DNA of 64,000 bases. It comes from Candidatus Bathyarchaeota archaeon (GTDB lineage: Archaea; Thermoproteota; Bathyarchaeia; 40CM-2-53-6). The stretch spans positions 608,001-672,000 of the forward strand of contig CAVTBR010000003.1 of assembly GCA_963733055.1 (NCBI GenBank). Reading direction: 5' to 3'. A program made the position numbers and the translations under genes. Below are positions 1 through 10,760 of this stretch, in pieces. Numbering within the stretch: position 1 is the stretch's first letter; each line of letters opens with the position of its first letter. The notes below the pieces were generated by a model, which was not told the origin of the DNA, ran no database searches, and saw nothing but the letters and a program-made list of their open reading frames with translations.

Positions 1-575
1 CGATCAGCGTAGCATTCTTTGTCATAATGATTATTGCGGGTTTAGTGACCTACACCGTGCTGTTGACATCGCCAGGTTTAGTGAATGGGTTGCAGGGATG
101 GTTGGAGTCAGCGGGAAGTTACATAGCAATTCCACCACCCTACACCGATAGCCTCTACCGCGTGATTTTTCTAAATAATATCGGCCACTTTTGGAACCCC
201 ATACGGCTCTGGGTATGGATACCGTTCATCGGAGCATTTGACTTAGGATATGAACTCCTGTTGAACGCCGTCCTCATAGGTGGAGTCGCAGCTTTCGTGG
301 GAATGACAAAAGGTCCCGTCTATACAGCCGCCGGGTTACTCCCACATGGAGTTATCGAAATACCCGCGTTCATACTCGAATTCGTTGCGCTCGCAAGATG
401 GCACGTGAGCACGACTCGCGCATTATACACTAAGTTAAGTGGCCAACCAGTTGACCGGCCGCTTCTATTAGAGGGGGTTAAGGATACTCTTACCTTGTCG
501 CTATTGTCTGTAGCCTTGTTCGCTGTTGCGGCATACATTGAGACGTTCATCACGCCTCACTTGTTGGGCCGCTGA
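1..575 (+). CDS. Stage II sporulation protein M (SpoIIM/DUF95)-like membrane protein, probably 5'-truncated by the window edge
   Basis: Hydrophobic ORF with IFLNN, LLPHGVIEIPAF and AAYIETFITP motifs typical of the family; the frame is open back to the window start. Confidence 0.8.
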   Translation, partial: ISVAFFVIMIIAGLVTYTVLLTSPGLVNGLQGWLESAGSYIAIPPPYTDSLYRVIFLNNIGHFWNPIRLWVWIPFIGAFDLGYELLLNAVLIGGVAAFVGMTKGPVYTAAGLLPHGVIEIPAFILEFVALARWHVSTTRALYTKLSGQPVDRPLLLEGVKDTLTLSLLSVALFAVAAYIETFITPHLLGR

Positions 576-587
576 TCGGCTGCCTGT

Positions 588-1328
588 TTACGTGAATGCG
601 TAGGTCACTTGAACGGTTGCTGTCACTTGTAGCGTTCCGGTTTGTATTGGTGTCTGTGCGGTCGCGGCGAATCGGGTGGAGTAGTTCGTGGGTTGAAATT
701 GATAGCCCGGTGTAACCGAGATAGGACCGACAATTGAAACCCCGAGCGTCGTTGCCAGTGCTTTGGCTTGACCGTCTGCGTCGGTTAGGGCAACCTGTAG
801 CGCTTGCTTCTGTAGTGTTGCAAGAGAGCCGCTCGAAAGCGTGAAAGATACGCCTTGTACCTGGTTTGCTCCCGCGGAGATTACTTGATCTAAGATTTTG
901 CCTACGGAGTTTAAGTCGTTAACAGTTACTTGGATTTCATTTACGGCAACGTAGCCGATGATGGTTGGGGACACGCTTTGGTTGACGGGATTGGAGTAGG
1001 TTGGCGTAAGGGTGTAAGAGACGGTTTGAATCGAATTCTTGTCTATTCCGGCGCTGGTAAGAGCCGTGATCACGCTAGTCATAGCTGCCGCGTTGTCTGA
1101 GGTGGCTTGTGTAGCGGTGGCTGCTTGAGTTTGAACGCCGAGATAGAGTATGGCCTCGTCTGGCGGGGAGGAAACTGTTCCGGTTCCTGTGACCTGAATT
1201 GTCTTCGTGGTGGGGTTCGTGAGCGATGTCGGTGGGGGTCGCGTTAGTGCAACTGCGCTCACCAATACCATTGCGATTATGGCTAGGGCGGCTAGGTAGT
1301 ACACTCGTCGACCTGAAGTTTCGCTCAA
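588..1328 (-). CDS. SIMPL domain (DUF541) membrane-anchored protein
   Basis: N-terminal TM, then TIQVTGTGTVSSPPD, GANQVQGVSF and terminal ATVQVTY motifs. Confidence 0.9.
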   Translation of the reverse strand: MSETSGRRVYYLAALAIIAMVLVSAVALTRPPPTSLTNPTTKTIQVTGTGTVSSPPDEAILYLGVQTQAATATQATSDNAAAMTSVITALTSAGIDKNSIQTVSYTLTPTYSNPVNQSVSPTIIGYVAVNEIQVTVNDLNSVGKILDQVISAGANQVQGVSFTLSSGSLATLQKQALQVALTDADGQAKALATTLGVSIVGPISVTPGYQFQPTNYSTRFAATAQTPIQTGTLQVTATVQVTYAFT

Positions 1329-1539
1329 ATCATCAATCCTCCTTTAGGCTGTGGTATGATGTGTCCACGCAATAACCCCATGGTTTTGAACACGCCGTTC
1401 ACACTTTAGAACAAGGCCTCATCGATGGCGTTTAATGGACAGGTACATGGTCAAAGCTCAGTGTCTTAGAACATTTTTCATTCGGGTTTAAGGTTGAAAT
1501 CTTATCTTGCAACTGGCTCACTAGCGGTCGGACCCGTGA

Positions 1540-1977
1540 TTGGTCATGTTTAAGGTATTCATTACAAACCGCGTAGTCGACCGCATTTCACGGGACCTAA
1601 ACCGACCCTTCGAACGCATCGGACTTCTAATGGGCACTTTGCAAGATTCGTCGCTCTGGGTTAATGACACTATTCCGGGTGGGACTGAGATTAGTGAAGT
1701 CTCTTGCGCTTTCCCACCCCAACGCCTTGCACAGGTGGCAACGGATATCGTTGAGGGAAGGATAGAGGGTAGAATTGTTGGCTGGTATCACTCCCATCCA
1801 GGTCACGGTTTGTTTCTTTCGCAAACCGACGTAGAAACGCACATGCAATTTTGCCAATTTTCCCCTTACACTGTGTCGCTTGTAGCAGATCCCAAGTCCG
1901 AGGAATTTGGAATTTGGATATTTGAGAATGGAGCTGGAGTAGTGCAATTGCCCTCCACCTACATTCACATCATTTGA
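1540..1977 (+). CDS. JAB1/MPN+/Mov34 (JAMM) metalloisopeptidase
   Basis: E(RIGLLMG)...VGWYHSHPGHGLFLSQTD is the JAMM E-xn-HxH-x7-S-x2-D motif. Confidence 0.9.
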   Translation: MVMFKVFITNRVVDRISRDLNRPFERIGLLMGTLQDSSLWVNDTIPGGTEISEVSCAFPPQRLAQVATDIVEGRIEGRIVGWYHSHPGHGLFLSQTDVETHMQFCQFSPYTVSLVADPKSEEFGIWIFENGAGVVQLPSTYIHII

Positions 1978-2590
1978 CTGTTGAAGAAAGGCTCTTCCTG
2001 TAAGACCTAGCCGCCGTCTTGTAGAGCTCGTTTGCTGATGGTAGGTTTGAGCCTTGGAATTTCTTGCTCGTACTCTTCCATAGATCCGCGAAGATCGCCT
2101 TTGGATAGCCTCTTCGATGGTACTCCTCAATTTGTATGAGTATATCCAATCGGTCGGCAGCGTGAACAATCCTTGACTCTACGGTTTCTTCAGCGTCAAA
2201 CTCTGACTGAAGTCGTGAATAGAGCTTCCTAACTTCGCCATTGCCAACACCTTTGATCAAATGTCTCCAGGCGGCTTGTTCTAGTTCACTCTTAATGGAC
2301 TGCCCTCTCCTGCCTAGATATTCAAGGTAGGCTTTGCTTATGTCGAACGTTAATGCTTCAGGAAGGTCGTGAAGCAACGCTAAACGAAGAACCCGTTCGG
2401 TGTTGATCTTCCGACCATTCGCGACTTCAAGGTCGGCCAGCAACATGGCGAGTGCAGCGGTTGCAAAAGAATGATCGGCAACTGATTCAACGTCTTGAAG
2501 GCTTACTCCATGACTTATCCAGCCGCTTCTCGGAATCATCTTAATTCTGCTAAGGCTCGAAACGAAATCTAGAAAATCAGTTCCCTCCAC
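1970..2590 (-). CDS. HD-domain phosphohydrolase (YfbR/HDDC2-like 5'-deoxynucleotidase)
   Basis: RSGW, ESVADHS, LLHDLPE and ADRLD motifs. Confidence 0.9.
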   Translation of the reverse strand: MEGTDFLDFVSSLSRIKMIPRSGWISHGVSLQDVESVADHSFATAALAMLLADLEVANGRKINTERVLRLALLHDLPEALTFDISKAYLEYLGRRGQSIKSELEQAAWRHLIKGVGNGEVRKLYSRLQSEFDAEETVESRIVHAADRLDILIQIEEYHRRGYPKAIFADLWKSTSKKFQGSNLPSANELYKTAARSYRKSLSSTVK

Positions 2591-2623
2591 AACTACCCAA
2601 TATCTAGGAAAAGAACAAAAGTT

Positions 2624-3397
2624 ATGGCTTTGACCCTTGCCCTTGCGCCCATGAAGCGTCGAAATTTCCTAATTCTCACGGTTCTTGTTTACGGATTCAC
2701 GTTAGCTGGGTTTTGGGTAGCCGGTATCAAGAGAGTGACTATATTTGCAGACAGTGACAGCTATAGCTGGCAGTCTGTCCCACTTGCTAACAACGGCTTA
2801 TCAAACAATTTTGAGATTACGTCCTACGACAAACCTCCCTACAACATGCGGGGCTGGATACAGTTCAACCTGACAACGATTCCAACCGATGTTTGGATCC
2901 TATCTGCTACGATGCGCCTGCGACTTTGGCACCATACAACTGTAGACCCAACCCAGAACATGGGAGATTCAACAGGAAGAACCTACGGGGCCTATCGTCT
3001 CCTACAGCCTTGGGGCGAGACGACGGTTAACTGGTCCAATCAACCGAACTACACCGAACTCCACCAGGCAAACTCGACCGTTCCTTCCGAACAGGGTGGA
3101 TGGTACGGGCCTTTTGTCTGGATGGATTGGGACATTTCAGGGATCATGAGCGATTGGCGGGCTAACTCGACAAGTAATTACGGTTTGGTCGTTCGAGATA
3201 CTCAGGAATACTCGCCGGTCTTCTATTCCACCCAATTCTTTACAATTGATCAAGTCCCGAACGAGACTTACTACCCAAGGTTATTGGTGACGTATGTTTC
3301 ACCGCTGGCTTTGGCTGTGTTTGGAGGATTTTTGCTTGCGGAAGGACTTATTATGATAAGGGTCTGGCGATCTAAAGTCAAACACGCAGAAATCTAG
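2624..3397 (+). CDS. Membrane-anchored DNRLRE/CBM96-like domain protein
   Basis: Signal/TM; ADSDSY, RGWIQFNL, SATMRL, WGETTVNWSNQP, NYGL and PRLLVTY pattern; C-terminal TM. Confidence 0.7.
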   Translation: MALTLALAPMKRRNFLILTVLVYGFTLAGFWVAGIKRVTIFADSDSYSWQSVPLANNGLSNNFEITSYDKPPYNMRGWIQFNLTTIPTDVWILSATMRLRLWHHTTVDPTQNMGDSTGRTYGAYRLLQPWGETTVNWSNQPNYTELHQANSTVPSEQGGWYGPFVWMDWDISGIMSDWRANSTSNYGLVVRDTQEYSPVFYSTQFFTIDQVPNETYYPRLLVTYVSPLALAVFGGFLLAEGLIMIRVWRSKVKHAEI

Positions 3398-3415
3398 ATT
3401 GGAGAGTCACTGAAG

Positions 3416-4414
3416 TTGGGAAACTTAGTTGAAGGAGCAAGAAACGCCATCGAAGTGTGCATGGCCGTCAAGAAAGGAGAACATGTACTCATCTTAACTG
3501 ACCGCGAAACCTCAGAAGTTGGGGATGCCATCTCAGAAGCAGCAGAGAAAGTTTCGAAGGGGAACGTCAAGACATTCGTCCTAGAGGATTACACAGAACG
3601 ACCCGCGAAGCAACTTCCCAACGAAATCCTCGAATCCATGCCATGGGCAAACGTCACATTCTACGCTGCACAAAGCAAACCGGGAGAACTTGCCGTAAGA
3701 GGCCCGTTCATACGCACAGCCATCAAATACGCCCGCCACGGTCACATGCCAAGCATCTCAAAGGAGCTCATGGAAACGGGCATGTGCGCCGACTACCAGA
3801 AAATCTCTGAACTGACGAAGAAAGTTGATCAGATCGTCAAGGGCTGCAAGAGCGCCAGAGTCAGCAACAGAGCCGGGACGGAGCTTACCGCAGAATTTCA
3901 CCCCAATTGGAAATGGCTCGTTTCTGATGGACTATATCATGATAAGGGCAAATGGGGTAACCTTCCCGACGGAGAAATTTTCACAGCCACTCTCAAAGCA
4001 AATGGGAAAATGGTTATTGACGAGCTTGGCGATTGGTTCAGCCCCAAGTACGGCGTCATCAAAGAAACCCCAGTAACTTTACTTGTTAAGGACTCACGAA
4101 TCGATTTCCCTACAGTTACCTGCACAAATGAACAGCTGCGAAAGGAATTCTTGGATTACGTTCAATCCGACCCGAATGGAAACAGATTGGGCGAGTTTGC
4201 AATTGGTACCAACATTTTCCTTGAGAGATTGACCGGAAACCTGCTTCAAGACGAAAAATTCCCGTCGGTCCACTGCGCTTTCGGAGATCCATACTCTGAA
4301 GAAACCGGCGCAAATTGGCAGGCGAAGACTCATGTCGACGGAATCATGCTCAACTGCAGCATCTGGATTGACGGTAAACAGATTATGGATGAGGGCAAGC
4401 ACCTAACTCATTGA
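3416..4414 (+). CDS. Aminopeptidase, peptidase M29 (thermophilic metalloprotease) family
   Basis: NLPDGEIF, LGEFAIGTN, LQDEK, HCAFG and HVD motifs. Confidence 0.9.
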   Translation: MGNLVEGARNAIEVCMAVKKGEHVLILTDRETSEVGDAISEAAEKVSKGNVKTFVLEDYTERPAKQLPNEILESMPWANVTFYAAQSKPGELAVRGPFIRTAIKYARHGHMPSISKELMETGMCADYQKISELTKKVDQIVKGCKSARVSNRAGTELTAEFHPNWKWLVSDGLYHDKGKWGNLPDGEIFTATLKANGKMVIDELGDWFSPKYGVIKETPVTLLVKDSRIDFPTVTCTNEQLRKEFLDYVQSDPNGNRLGEFAIGTNIFLERLTGNLLQDEKFPSVHCAFGDPYSEETGANWQAKTHVDGIMLNCSIWIDGKQIMDEGKHLTH

Positions 4415-4515
4415 ATACCAAGACCTCACAATGAAATGACGAGAACAATTGTAACGAAAGCAATAAGTAAGCACCTCTAGTATGACTCGCCCGCTCAATT
4501 CTGAGGAAACAATCT

Positions 4516-6306
4516 TTGTCGGAGTTCAAACCAGGAAGCATTGATCGAGTCGCCGGCCCGGTCGTCGTGGCGTCAGGCATGCTCGGCGCCCGCATGTATG
4601 AGCTCGTCAAAGTAGGTAATTCGGGTTTGATTGGCGAGGTAATCCGAGTCGAATCTGACCGAGCCACGATTCAAGTTTACGAGGAGACCACCGGCATCAA
4701 ACCCGGAGAAATAGTAGAGCGAACAGGCCACCCGTTGTCGGTTGAACTCGGGCCGGGTTTGATCAACCAGTTCTTTGATGGAACCCAAAGGCCGCTCCCA
4801 GTACTGCTGAAGCAACAGGGCGCGTTCATTCATAGAGGAGTTACAGCGCCTGCTCTTGATCGCAAGAAGAAGTGGGAATTCACACCCCTACTAAGCAAGG
4901 GAGACAAAGTAACCGGGGGGGACGTTCTCGGTGAGGTTCCGGAAACCGTCCTCGTCAAACACCGTATCTTGGTTCCTCCAAACATTGCGGGAACGCTGAA
5001 GTCAATTGTCTCTAAGGGGGGTTATACTCTCGAAGACCCGATTGCTGAAGTTGAAACTTCCAAATCAACAGAGAAACTCTTTCTCATGCATACTTGGCCC
5101 GTTCGAAGTCCACGCCCTAACCGTGAGAAAGTTCCATCCGACACACCTCTTATCACGGGCCAACGCATCATCGACTTCTTCTTCCCCATAGCGAAGGGCG
5201 GAACAGCCGCGATTCCGGGCGATTTCGGCACGGGAAAAACCATCACACAACATCAGCTCGCGAAGTGGGCGGACGCTGACGTGATAGTGTACGTTGGCTG
5301 CGGGGAACGCGGAAACGAGATGACCGAGGTTCTTGAAACATTCCCCGAACTAAAGGACCCTAGGTCCGGTCATCCATTAATGGAACGAACCCTTCTCGTG
5401 GCCAATACATCAAATATGCCGATCGCCGCTCGAGAGGCAAGCATGTACACGGGCGTAACTCTTGCTGAATATTTCCGGGACATGGGCTATGACGTGGCGT
5501 TAATGGCTGATTCAACTTCAAGGTGGGCAGAAGCGTTACGGGAAGTGTCTGGACGATTGGAGGAGATGCCCGGAGAGGAAGGCTATCCCGCCTATTTGGC
5601 CTCACGCCTTGCTGAAATATACGAGAGAGCCGGCAGGGTGAAAGTCATCGGTCGCGAAGAGAACAAGCTCGGCTCCGTCTCGGTCGTGGGCGCCGTTTCC
5701 CCTTCGGGAGGAGACTTCTCAGAACCTGTTACACAAAACACTCTTAGAATCGTTAAAGTATTCTGGGCTCTCAGCAAACCACTGGCTGAGCGTAGGCATT
5801 TTCCGGCTATCGACTGGTTGACGAGTTACTCGCTCTACTTTGAGTCGCTGGAGAACTGGTACCAGACCAAAATTGGCCCAGAATGGTCTAGCCTTAGAAA
5901 GGAAGGAATGGCCTTGTTGCAACGCGATGAAGAACTCCGCGAGATCGTAATGTTAGTCGGGCCAGACGCGCTCTCGGAATCTCAGAGAGTAGTCTTGGAG
6001 GCGGCGAGAATGATCAAAGAAGACTTCCTAATACAAAGCGCCCTACACCCAGTGGATAGCTATTGCTCTCCAGAGAAAACGTCTCTCCTAATGTCGCTCA
6101 TAATGAAGTTCTACGAGAGCATGAAGAAGTCAACGGAGACAGGAGTCCCATTACAGCGAGCCCTTGAACTTCCCGCAAAGAATGACATCGCACGAGCCAA
6201 GATCCAGCCCTCCGAAACCTTCAAAGAATTCGCAACAGGACTCTCGGCGAGAATTGACGAACAGTTCCAAACGTTGACCAAAGAAATAGCCGAAACTGCC
6301 AGGTGA
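4516..6306 (+). CDS. atpA: A/V-type ATP synthase subunit A
   Basis: Walker [38 protein letters not shown]; no intein. Confidence 0.98.
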   Translation: MSEFKPGSIDRVAGPVVVASGMLGARMYELVKVGNSGLIGEVIRVESDRATIQVYEETTGIKPGEIVERTGHPLSVELGPGLINQFFDGTQRPLPVLLKQQGAFIHRGVTAPALDRKKKWEFTPLLSKGDKVTGGDVLGEVPETVLVKHRILVPPNIAGTLKSIVSKGGYTLEDPIAEVETSKSTEKLFLMHTWPVRSPRPNREKVPSDTPLITGQRIIDFFFPIAKGGTAAIPGDFGTGKTITQHQLAKWADADVIVYVGCGERGNEMTEVLETFPELKDPRSGHPLMERTLLVANTSNMPIAAREASMYTGVTLAEYFRDMGYDVALMADSTSRWAEALREVSGRLEEMPGEEGYPAYLASRLAEIYERAGRVKVIGREENKLGSVSVVGAVSPSGGDFSEPVTQNTLRIVKVFWALSKPLAERRHFPAIDWLTSYSLYFESLENWYQTKIGPEWSSLRKEGMALLQRDEELREIVMLVGPDALSESQRVVLEAARMIKEDFLIQSALHPVDSYCSPEKTSLLMSLIMKFYESMKKSTETGVPLQRALELPAKNDIARAKIQPSETFKEFATGLSARIDEQFQTLTKEIAETAR

Positions 6307-6316
6307 GACACAACCG

Positions 6317-7716
6317 ATGTCAGTCGTAATTCGCGAATACTCTACTGTTAACGAGATTTCCGGACCGCTCCTTTTCGTAAAAAACGTGAAGGGCGTCGGC
6401 TTTGGCGAGCTGGTTAGGATCCGAACTCCGGCAGGACAAGAGCGACGGGGCCAAGTTCTGGAAGTACGAAGCGATCTGGCTGTGGTTCAAGTATTCGAGG
6501 GAACCTCAGGCCTTGACATAGCTTCAACCAATGTCCGCTTCATGGGAGAAACTGTCAAGTTACCTGTCTCGGGAGACTTGTTGGGCCGCATTCTTGACGG
6601 AAGCGGCAACCCAATCGACGGGGGACCGCGCATCATACCCGAAGATTACTGGGACGTACATGGGGCGCCCATCAACCCGTACGCCAGAACGTATCCGAGA
6701 GAATTCATCCAGACCGGCATCTCCGCCATCGACGGCATGAACACCCTCGTTAGAGGCCAAAAGCTTCCTCTGTTTTCAGGCGCAGGCCTTCCACACAACA
6801 GAGTTGCAGCACAGGTCGCACGACAAGCGCGGGTACGAGGCACGGGAGAACCATTCTCAACCGTCTTTGCAGCCATCGGGATCACGGCGGATGAAGCGCG
6901 GTTTTTCAGGGAAGATTTCGAAAGGCAGGGAGCCTTCGAACACGTTACCATGTTCGTCAACCTGGCTGACGACCCAGCCATTGAAAGAATCCTCACTCCC
7001 CGAATGGCGCTGACCGCCCGGAATATTTCGCGTTCAAATTGGACATGCATGTCCTCGTTATCCTGACAGACATGACCAACTATGCTGAGGCCTTGCGAGA
7101 AATCTCAGCCGCGAGAGAGGAGGTGCCAGGCCGTAGAGGATACCCTGGCTACTTGTACACTGATCTTTCAAGTATCTACGAACGGGCAGGTAGAATTCGG
7201 GATGCCAAGGGATCCATCACCCAGATGCCTATCCTCACAATGCCGCATGACGACATAACCCACCCAATTCCAAACCTAACCGGATACATAACAGAGGGAC
7301 AATTAATCGTCGACAGAGGGCTGCACAGAAAGGGAATCTACCCACCAATCGACGTATCACCCTCACTGTCGAGACTAATGCGTGAAGGCATAGGTAAGGA
7401 AAGAACCCGGCAAGACCATAGAGAAGTTTCCGACCAACTCTACTACGCCTACGCGGAAGGGCGCGCCTTCAGAGACCTCGTAGCAGTCGTTGGCGAAGAG
7501 GCGTTATCTGCTCGAGATAAGATCTACTTGAAGTTCGCAGACGACTTCGAAAGACGCTTCATTGGCCAAAGCGAATACGAGAATCGGGACATCGAGAAGA
7601 CGCTCGACCTCGGCTGGGACCTACTGGCGGCGCTACCGGAGAGCGAACTCAAGCGGATAGACCCATCAACTATCAAACAGTTCCATCCCAAACATAGATC
7701 TGAGTCGGCGAAGTAG
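6317..7716 (+). CDS. atpB: A/V-type ATP synthase subunit B (split by a 1-nt deletion at ~7018, probably a sequencing error)
   Basis: ORFs 6317-7066 and 7039-7716 are the two halves ([16 protein letters not shown]; [15 protein letters not shown]); adding one G restores LTAAEYFAF. Confidence 0.95.
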
Positions 7717-8391
7717 ATGCCCGAACTGATCTCGGGCGTGCACCCAACCCGAATGGAATTACTCACTCTTAGAAAGCGGCGTAAAATCACGGAAAGAGGC
7801 CGCGACCTCTTAAGAGAAAAACTTGACGCTCTGATGATAGAATTCTTCCAATTCGTTCGAGAAATCGCCACCCTGCGAGAGAAGGCGCAGAAGTTGCTTG
7901 CTGAGGCTTACGAGGAATTCGTTGAAGCCCAAATGGCTATGGGGTCCATGAAACTCGAACAGACTTCAACGGGCGTTGAAGACCGGTTCTCAATAGAGAC
8001 TAAGTCTAGAAATGTGATTGGCGTTACGATTCCGTACATTCAGGTTACGTTGAAACCTCTTTCGGCCTTCCCGTACAACCCTTACGATACTTCGATCAAA
8101 CTTGACGAGGCAACCGTTAAGATGGCGGATGCGATAAAGGCAATTGCTGAACTTTCTAGTGCAGAGGCCGCGGTTAAGAAACTCGCTGAAGCGATAGCGG
8201 CTACGAAGCGGCGAGTGAACTCTCTTGAATACGTAATCATTCCGCGAATGCTAGCGACGATTCGTTATATCGAAATGCACTTAGAGGAAGCTGAACGCGA
8301 GGACTTTTTCAGGTTAAAGCGAATCAAAGGCAGAATGGCAAAAGAGAAGCCTGTCGATTTAGACCTACTCGACCAGCAGATTCAGGCCTGA
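7717..8391 (+). CDS. atpD: A/V-type ATP synthase subunit D
   Basis: PTRMEL, LLREKLDAL, TKRRVNSLEYVIIP, EREDFFRLK; abuts atpB. Confidence 0.96.
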   Translation: MPELISGVHPTRMELLTLRKRRKITERGRDLLREKLDALMIEFFQFVREIATLREKAQKLLAEAYEEFVEAQMAMGSMKLEQTSTGVEDRFSIETKSRNVIGVTIPYIQVTLKPLSAFPYNPYDTSIKLDEATVKMADAIKAIAELSSAEAAVKKLAEAIAATKRRVNSLEYVIIPRMLATIRYIEMHLEEAEREDFFRLKRIKGRMAKEKPVDLDLLDQQIQA

Positions 8392-8777
8392 GTTTGAGAA
8401 TTGGGCCGATCTTTAAGGATCAGGATGGCTTTTGCGAGATCGCCCCCTGCCTCTAACAGCGCTTTCTTAGAATCCTCAATCGATCTACCAGTCTGCTGAG
8501 CGACCAACTGGGCGTCGTCTTCCCCTGTGGCTGTCTGGATCGCTACGGGTGCGGCTTCCGAAACGCTGCCCCCCGCAATCTGATACATGGACTGCCCCTG
8601 AATCGTCATCAGGGTTACGCTGGGCGCCTCGATTACAATGTCCTTTGACCCTGTCTTTATGATAACTTGCGTAACGTCGGGGACCTCGTCGACCTTCATG
8701 CCCATCTTCTGCATCATTCGTGCTGCGTCGCGTCCACCCGGTTTTCCTCGAGCCGCCTTCAACGCTTTATACGCCAA
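8382..8777 (-). CDS. nac: Archaeal nascent polypeptide-associated complex protein
   Basis: RMMQKMGM NAC domain plus C-terminal UBA-like LVAQQTG...GDLAKAI. Confidence 0.92.
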   Translation of the reverse strand: MAYKALKAARGKPGGRDAARMMQKMGMKVDEVPDVTQVIIKTGSKDIVIEAPSVTLMTIQGQSMYQIAGGSVSEAAPVAIQTATGEDDAQLVAQQTGRSIEDSKKALLEAGGDLAKAILILKDRPNSQTQA

Positions 8778-8914
8778 TAGTCCTCAACGCCCAATGTTGT
8801 CTTGTCATGAACAATAAGACTATCACACTTAGGAAAACGTGTCTGGTGGCTTCAACTGGAATAGCGACCATGATTTCCACAAATCTTGCGTAGGAAGCCA
8901 AATCAAAGAGAGCT

Positions 8915-10453
8915 TCATCCCAGAGATCCTATAGCCTTCTCCACTTCCGTAAGGATCTCGCATGATTTCACTAGCTCTTTCATCTTATTGTGATCGGGAT
9001 AAAGAGGCCGGTCGGCGTCGAGATACTCGACGTACTTACGAATCACGCTATGAGCAATTCGTGTTCCCTTTCCGAATTCATATGGTTTGTCGTATTTTCT
9101 ACGTAAGTCAAGGGCTTGAGCGGCGGCCATGTATTCAATTCCCAAAATACCATAGGCATCGTCGAGTATCTGGAAATTCTTCAGAGCAGTGTTTAGCCCC
9201 ATGGAAACAAAATCCTCTTGGTCCGCTGCAGCTGGAATGGACTGTATAGAAGCGGGCATGCACAGGATTCGCTGTTCCGCGATCTGCATGTCAGCCGTGT
9301 ATTGGCTTAGCATTAACCCCGAGAACATGCCAGCGCCCTTACTCAGGAATGGGGGAAGGCCGACGCTAAGTGCAGGGTTATTCAGGCGGTTCATACGGCG
9401 TTCCGACAGCACGCACACCATAGTTACCGCAACGCCAATCAAATCCATGGGCAGAGAAACGGGCGAGCCCTGAAAATTAGCGCCCGATACAACCAGGTTT
9501 TTCTCCGGGAAGAAGATTGGATTATCCCCTACACCATTTAGTTCGGTCTCCACTTGCGCTCTTGCAAAAGCAAGTGCGTCATGTGCTGCCCCAATTACTT
9601 GTGGGGTGGAACGCATCGAATAGGCATCCTGCACTTTCACCTTCAAGCGTCCTTCAGAGAGGTCTCCGCCGGCTGTGACGTTGCGGATTGATTTCGCGCT
9701 GCGCACGCCACCGGAGAATCCGCGCGCCTCAAGAATCGATTCATGGTACGGATGGAGGTTGGCTTTCAGCGCCTCCAGGGACATGGCGCAGGCAATTTCA
9801 GCCTGTTTGAGCCAGTTGTTAGTGTCATACACCATCAGGGCAGACATGGCCGTAAGCACATTGGAACCATTGATAACCGCGAGCCCATCACGCGCCTCAA
9901 GCCCGGGGATGGAAATACCAGCGCGCTTCATCGCTTCATTTCCGTTCAGAAATTCACCCTTGTAATAGGCGTGGCCTTCACCCATCATTAGTAAGGCGAT
10001 CTGCGCCATAGGTGCCAAGTCACCGGACGCACCAACCGATCCTTTCGTGCACACGTAAGGTGTGACTTCTTTGTTCAGCATTTCAACTAAAGTCTGACTA
10101 ATCGCGAGGCGGCAACCAGAATTTCCGTGGGCGTGTACATTGATGCGTCCCAGCATAGCGGCACGGACCCAATCAAGGGGCATAGGCTCCCCGATGCCCG
10201 CAGCGTGATTGTAAATCAGATACCTCTGGAACTCTTTTACTTGATCATCGTTGAGCACTATCTCCGAAAATTCGCCAATACCGGTATTGATGCCATACAT
10301 GATTTCATGAGCCTCAACCTTCTTTTCAAGCATCACGCGGCACGCATTGATTTTCCTAATTGAATCGGGATGAAGCTCAACTTTTTCACTACGACGTGCA
10401 ACGTGTACAACGTCTTCAATTGTCAGTCCTGAACCTGTTAGAACCACAGTCAA
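8915..10453 (-). CDS. MIO-dependent aromatic amino acid lyase (histidine ammonia-lyase family)
   Basis: YGINTGIG, GSVGASGDLAP (MIO-forming ASG), QDAYSMR, DNP, GANF and DQEDFVSMG motifs. Confidence 0.92.
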   Translation of the reverse strand: MTVVLTGSGLTIEDVVHVARRSEKVELHPDSIRKINACRVMLEKKVEAHEIMYGINTGIGEFSEIVLNDDQVKEFQRYLIYNHAAGIGEPMPLDWVRAAMLGRINVHAHGNSGCRLAISQTLVEMLNKEVTPYVCTKGSVGASGDLAPMAQIALLMMGEGHAYYKGEFLNGNEAMKRAGISIPGLEARDGLAVINGSNVLTAMSALMVYDTNNWLKQAEIACAMSLEALKANLHPYHESILEARGFSGGVRSAKSIRNVTAGGDLSEGRLKVKVQDAYSMRSTPQVIGAAHDALAFARAQVETELNGVGDNPIFFPEKNLVVSGANFQGSPVSLPMDLIGVAVTMVCVLSERRMNRLNNPALSVGLPPFLSKGAGMFSGLMLSQYTADMQIAEQRILCMPASIQSIPAAADQEDFVSMGLNTALKNFQILDDAYGILGIEYMAAAQALDLRRKYDKPYEFGKGTRIAHSVIRKYVEYLDADRPLYPDHNKMKELVKSCEILTEVEKAIGSLG

Positions 10454-10760
10454 ATTCTATCTCTCATTTTCACGGATTGATTTGTTATGAATATTCCAGA
10501 GCATCCGTCTTCATCTCATGTATCTCTCGATCAAGTGCGGTTGATTACGAAGCCTACGTTTGAAGGTGTGGGTCAGATTCCACGTGTCTCGCTGAAACGC
10601 TGTAGAAAATCTCTTGTGCAATCATCTCAGTAACTATGACGAGTCTTTGATTGGTTGTCAGAGTTTTGCGAGGGAATTTATATACAGGTTGTAACGTAGC
10701 ACGCGGAAATCCCGCGGTTCAATAGGTACCTCAGCCTAGCGCTTAGAAGGCATAAACTGC

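Noticed and set aside
1627-2169. Long antisense or alternative-frame ORFs here and over atpA, dnaK, lon and the thermosome
   Set aside because: They overlap well-supported genes and lack motifs; treated as shadow ORFs.
7011-7025. Programmed frameshifting in atpB, and likewise in the thermosome and asnA
   Set aside because: No slippery heptamer or stimulatory structure; many similar indels across unrelated genes point to sequencing error.
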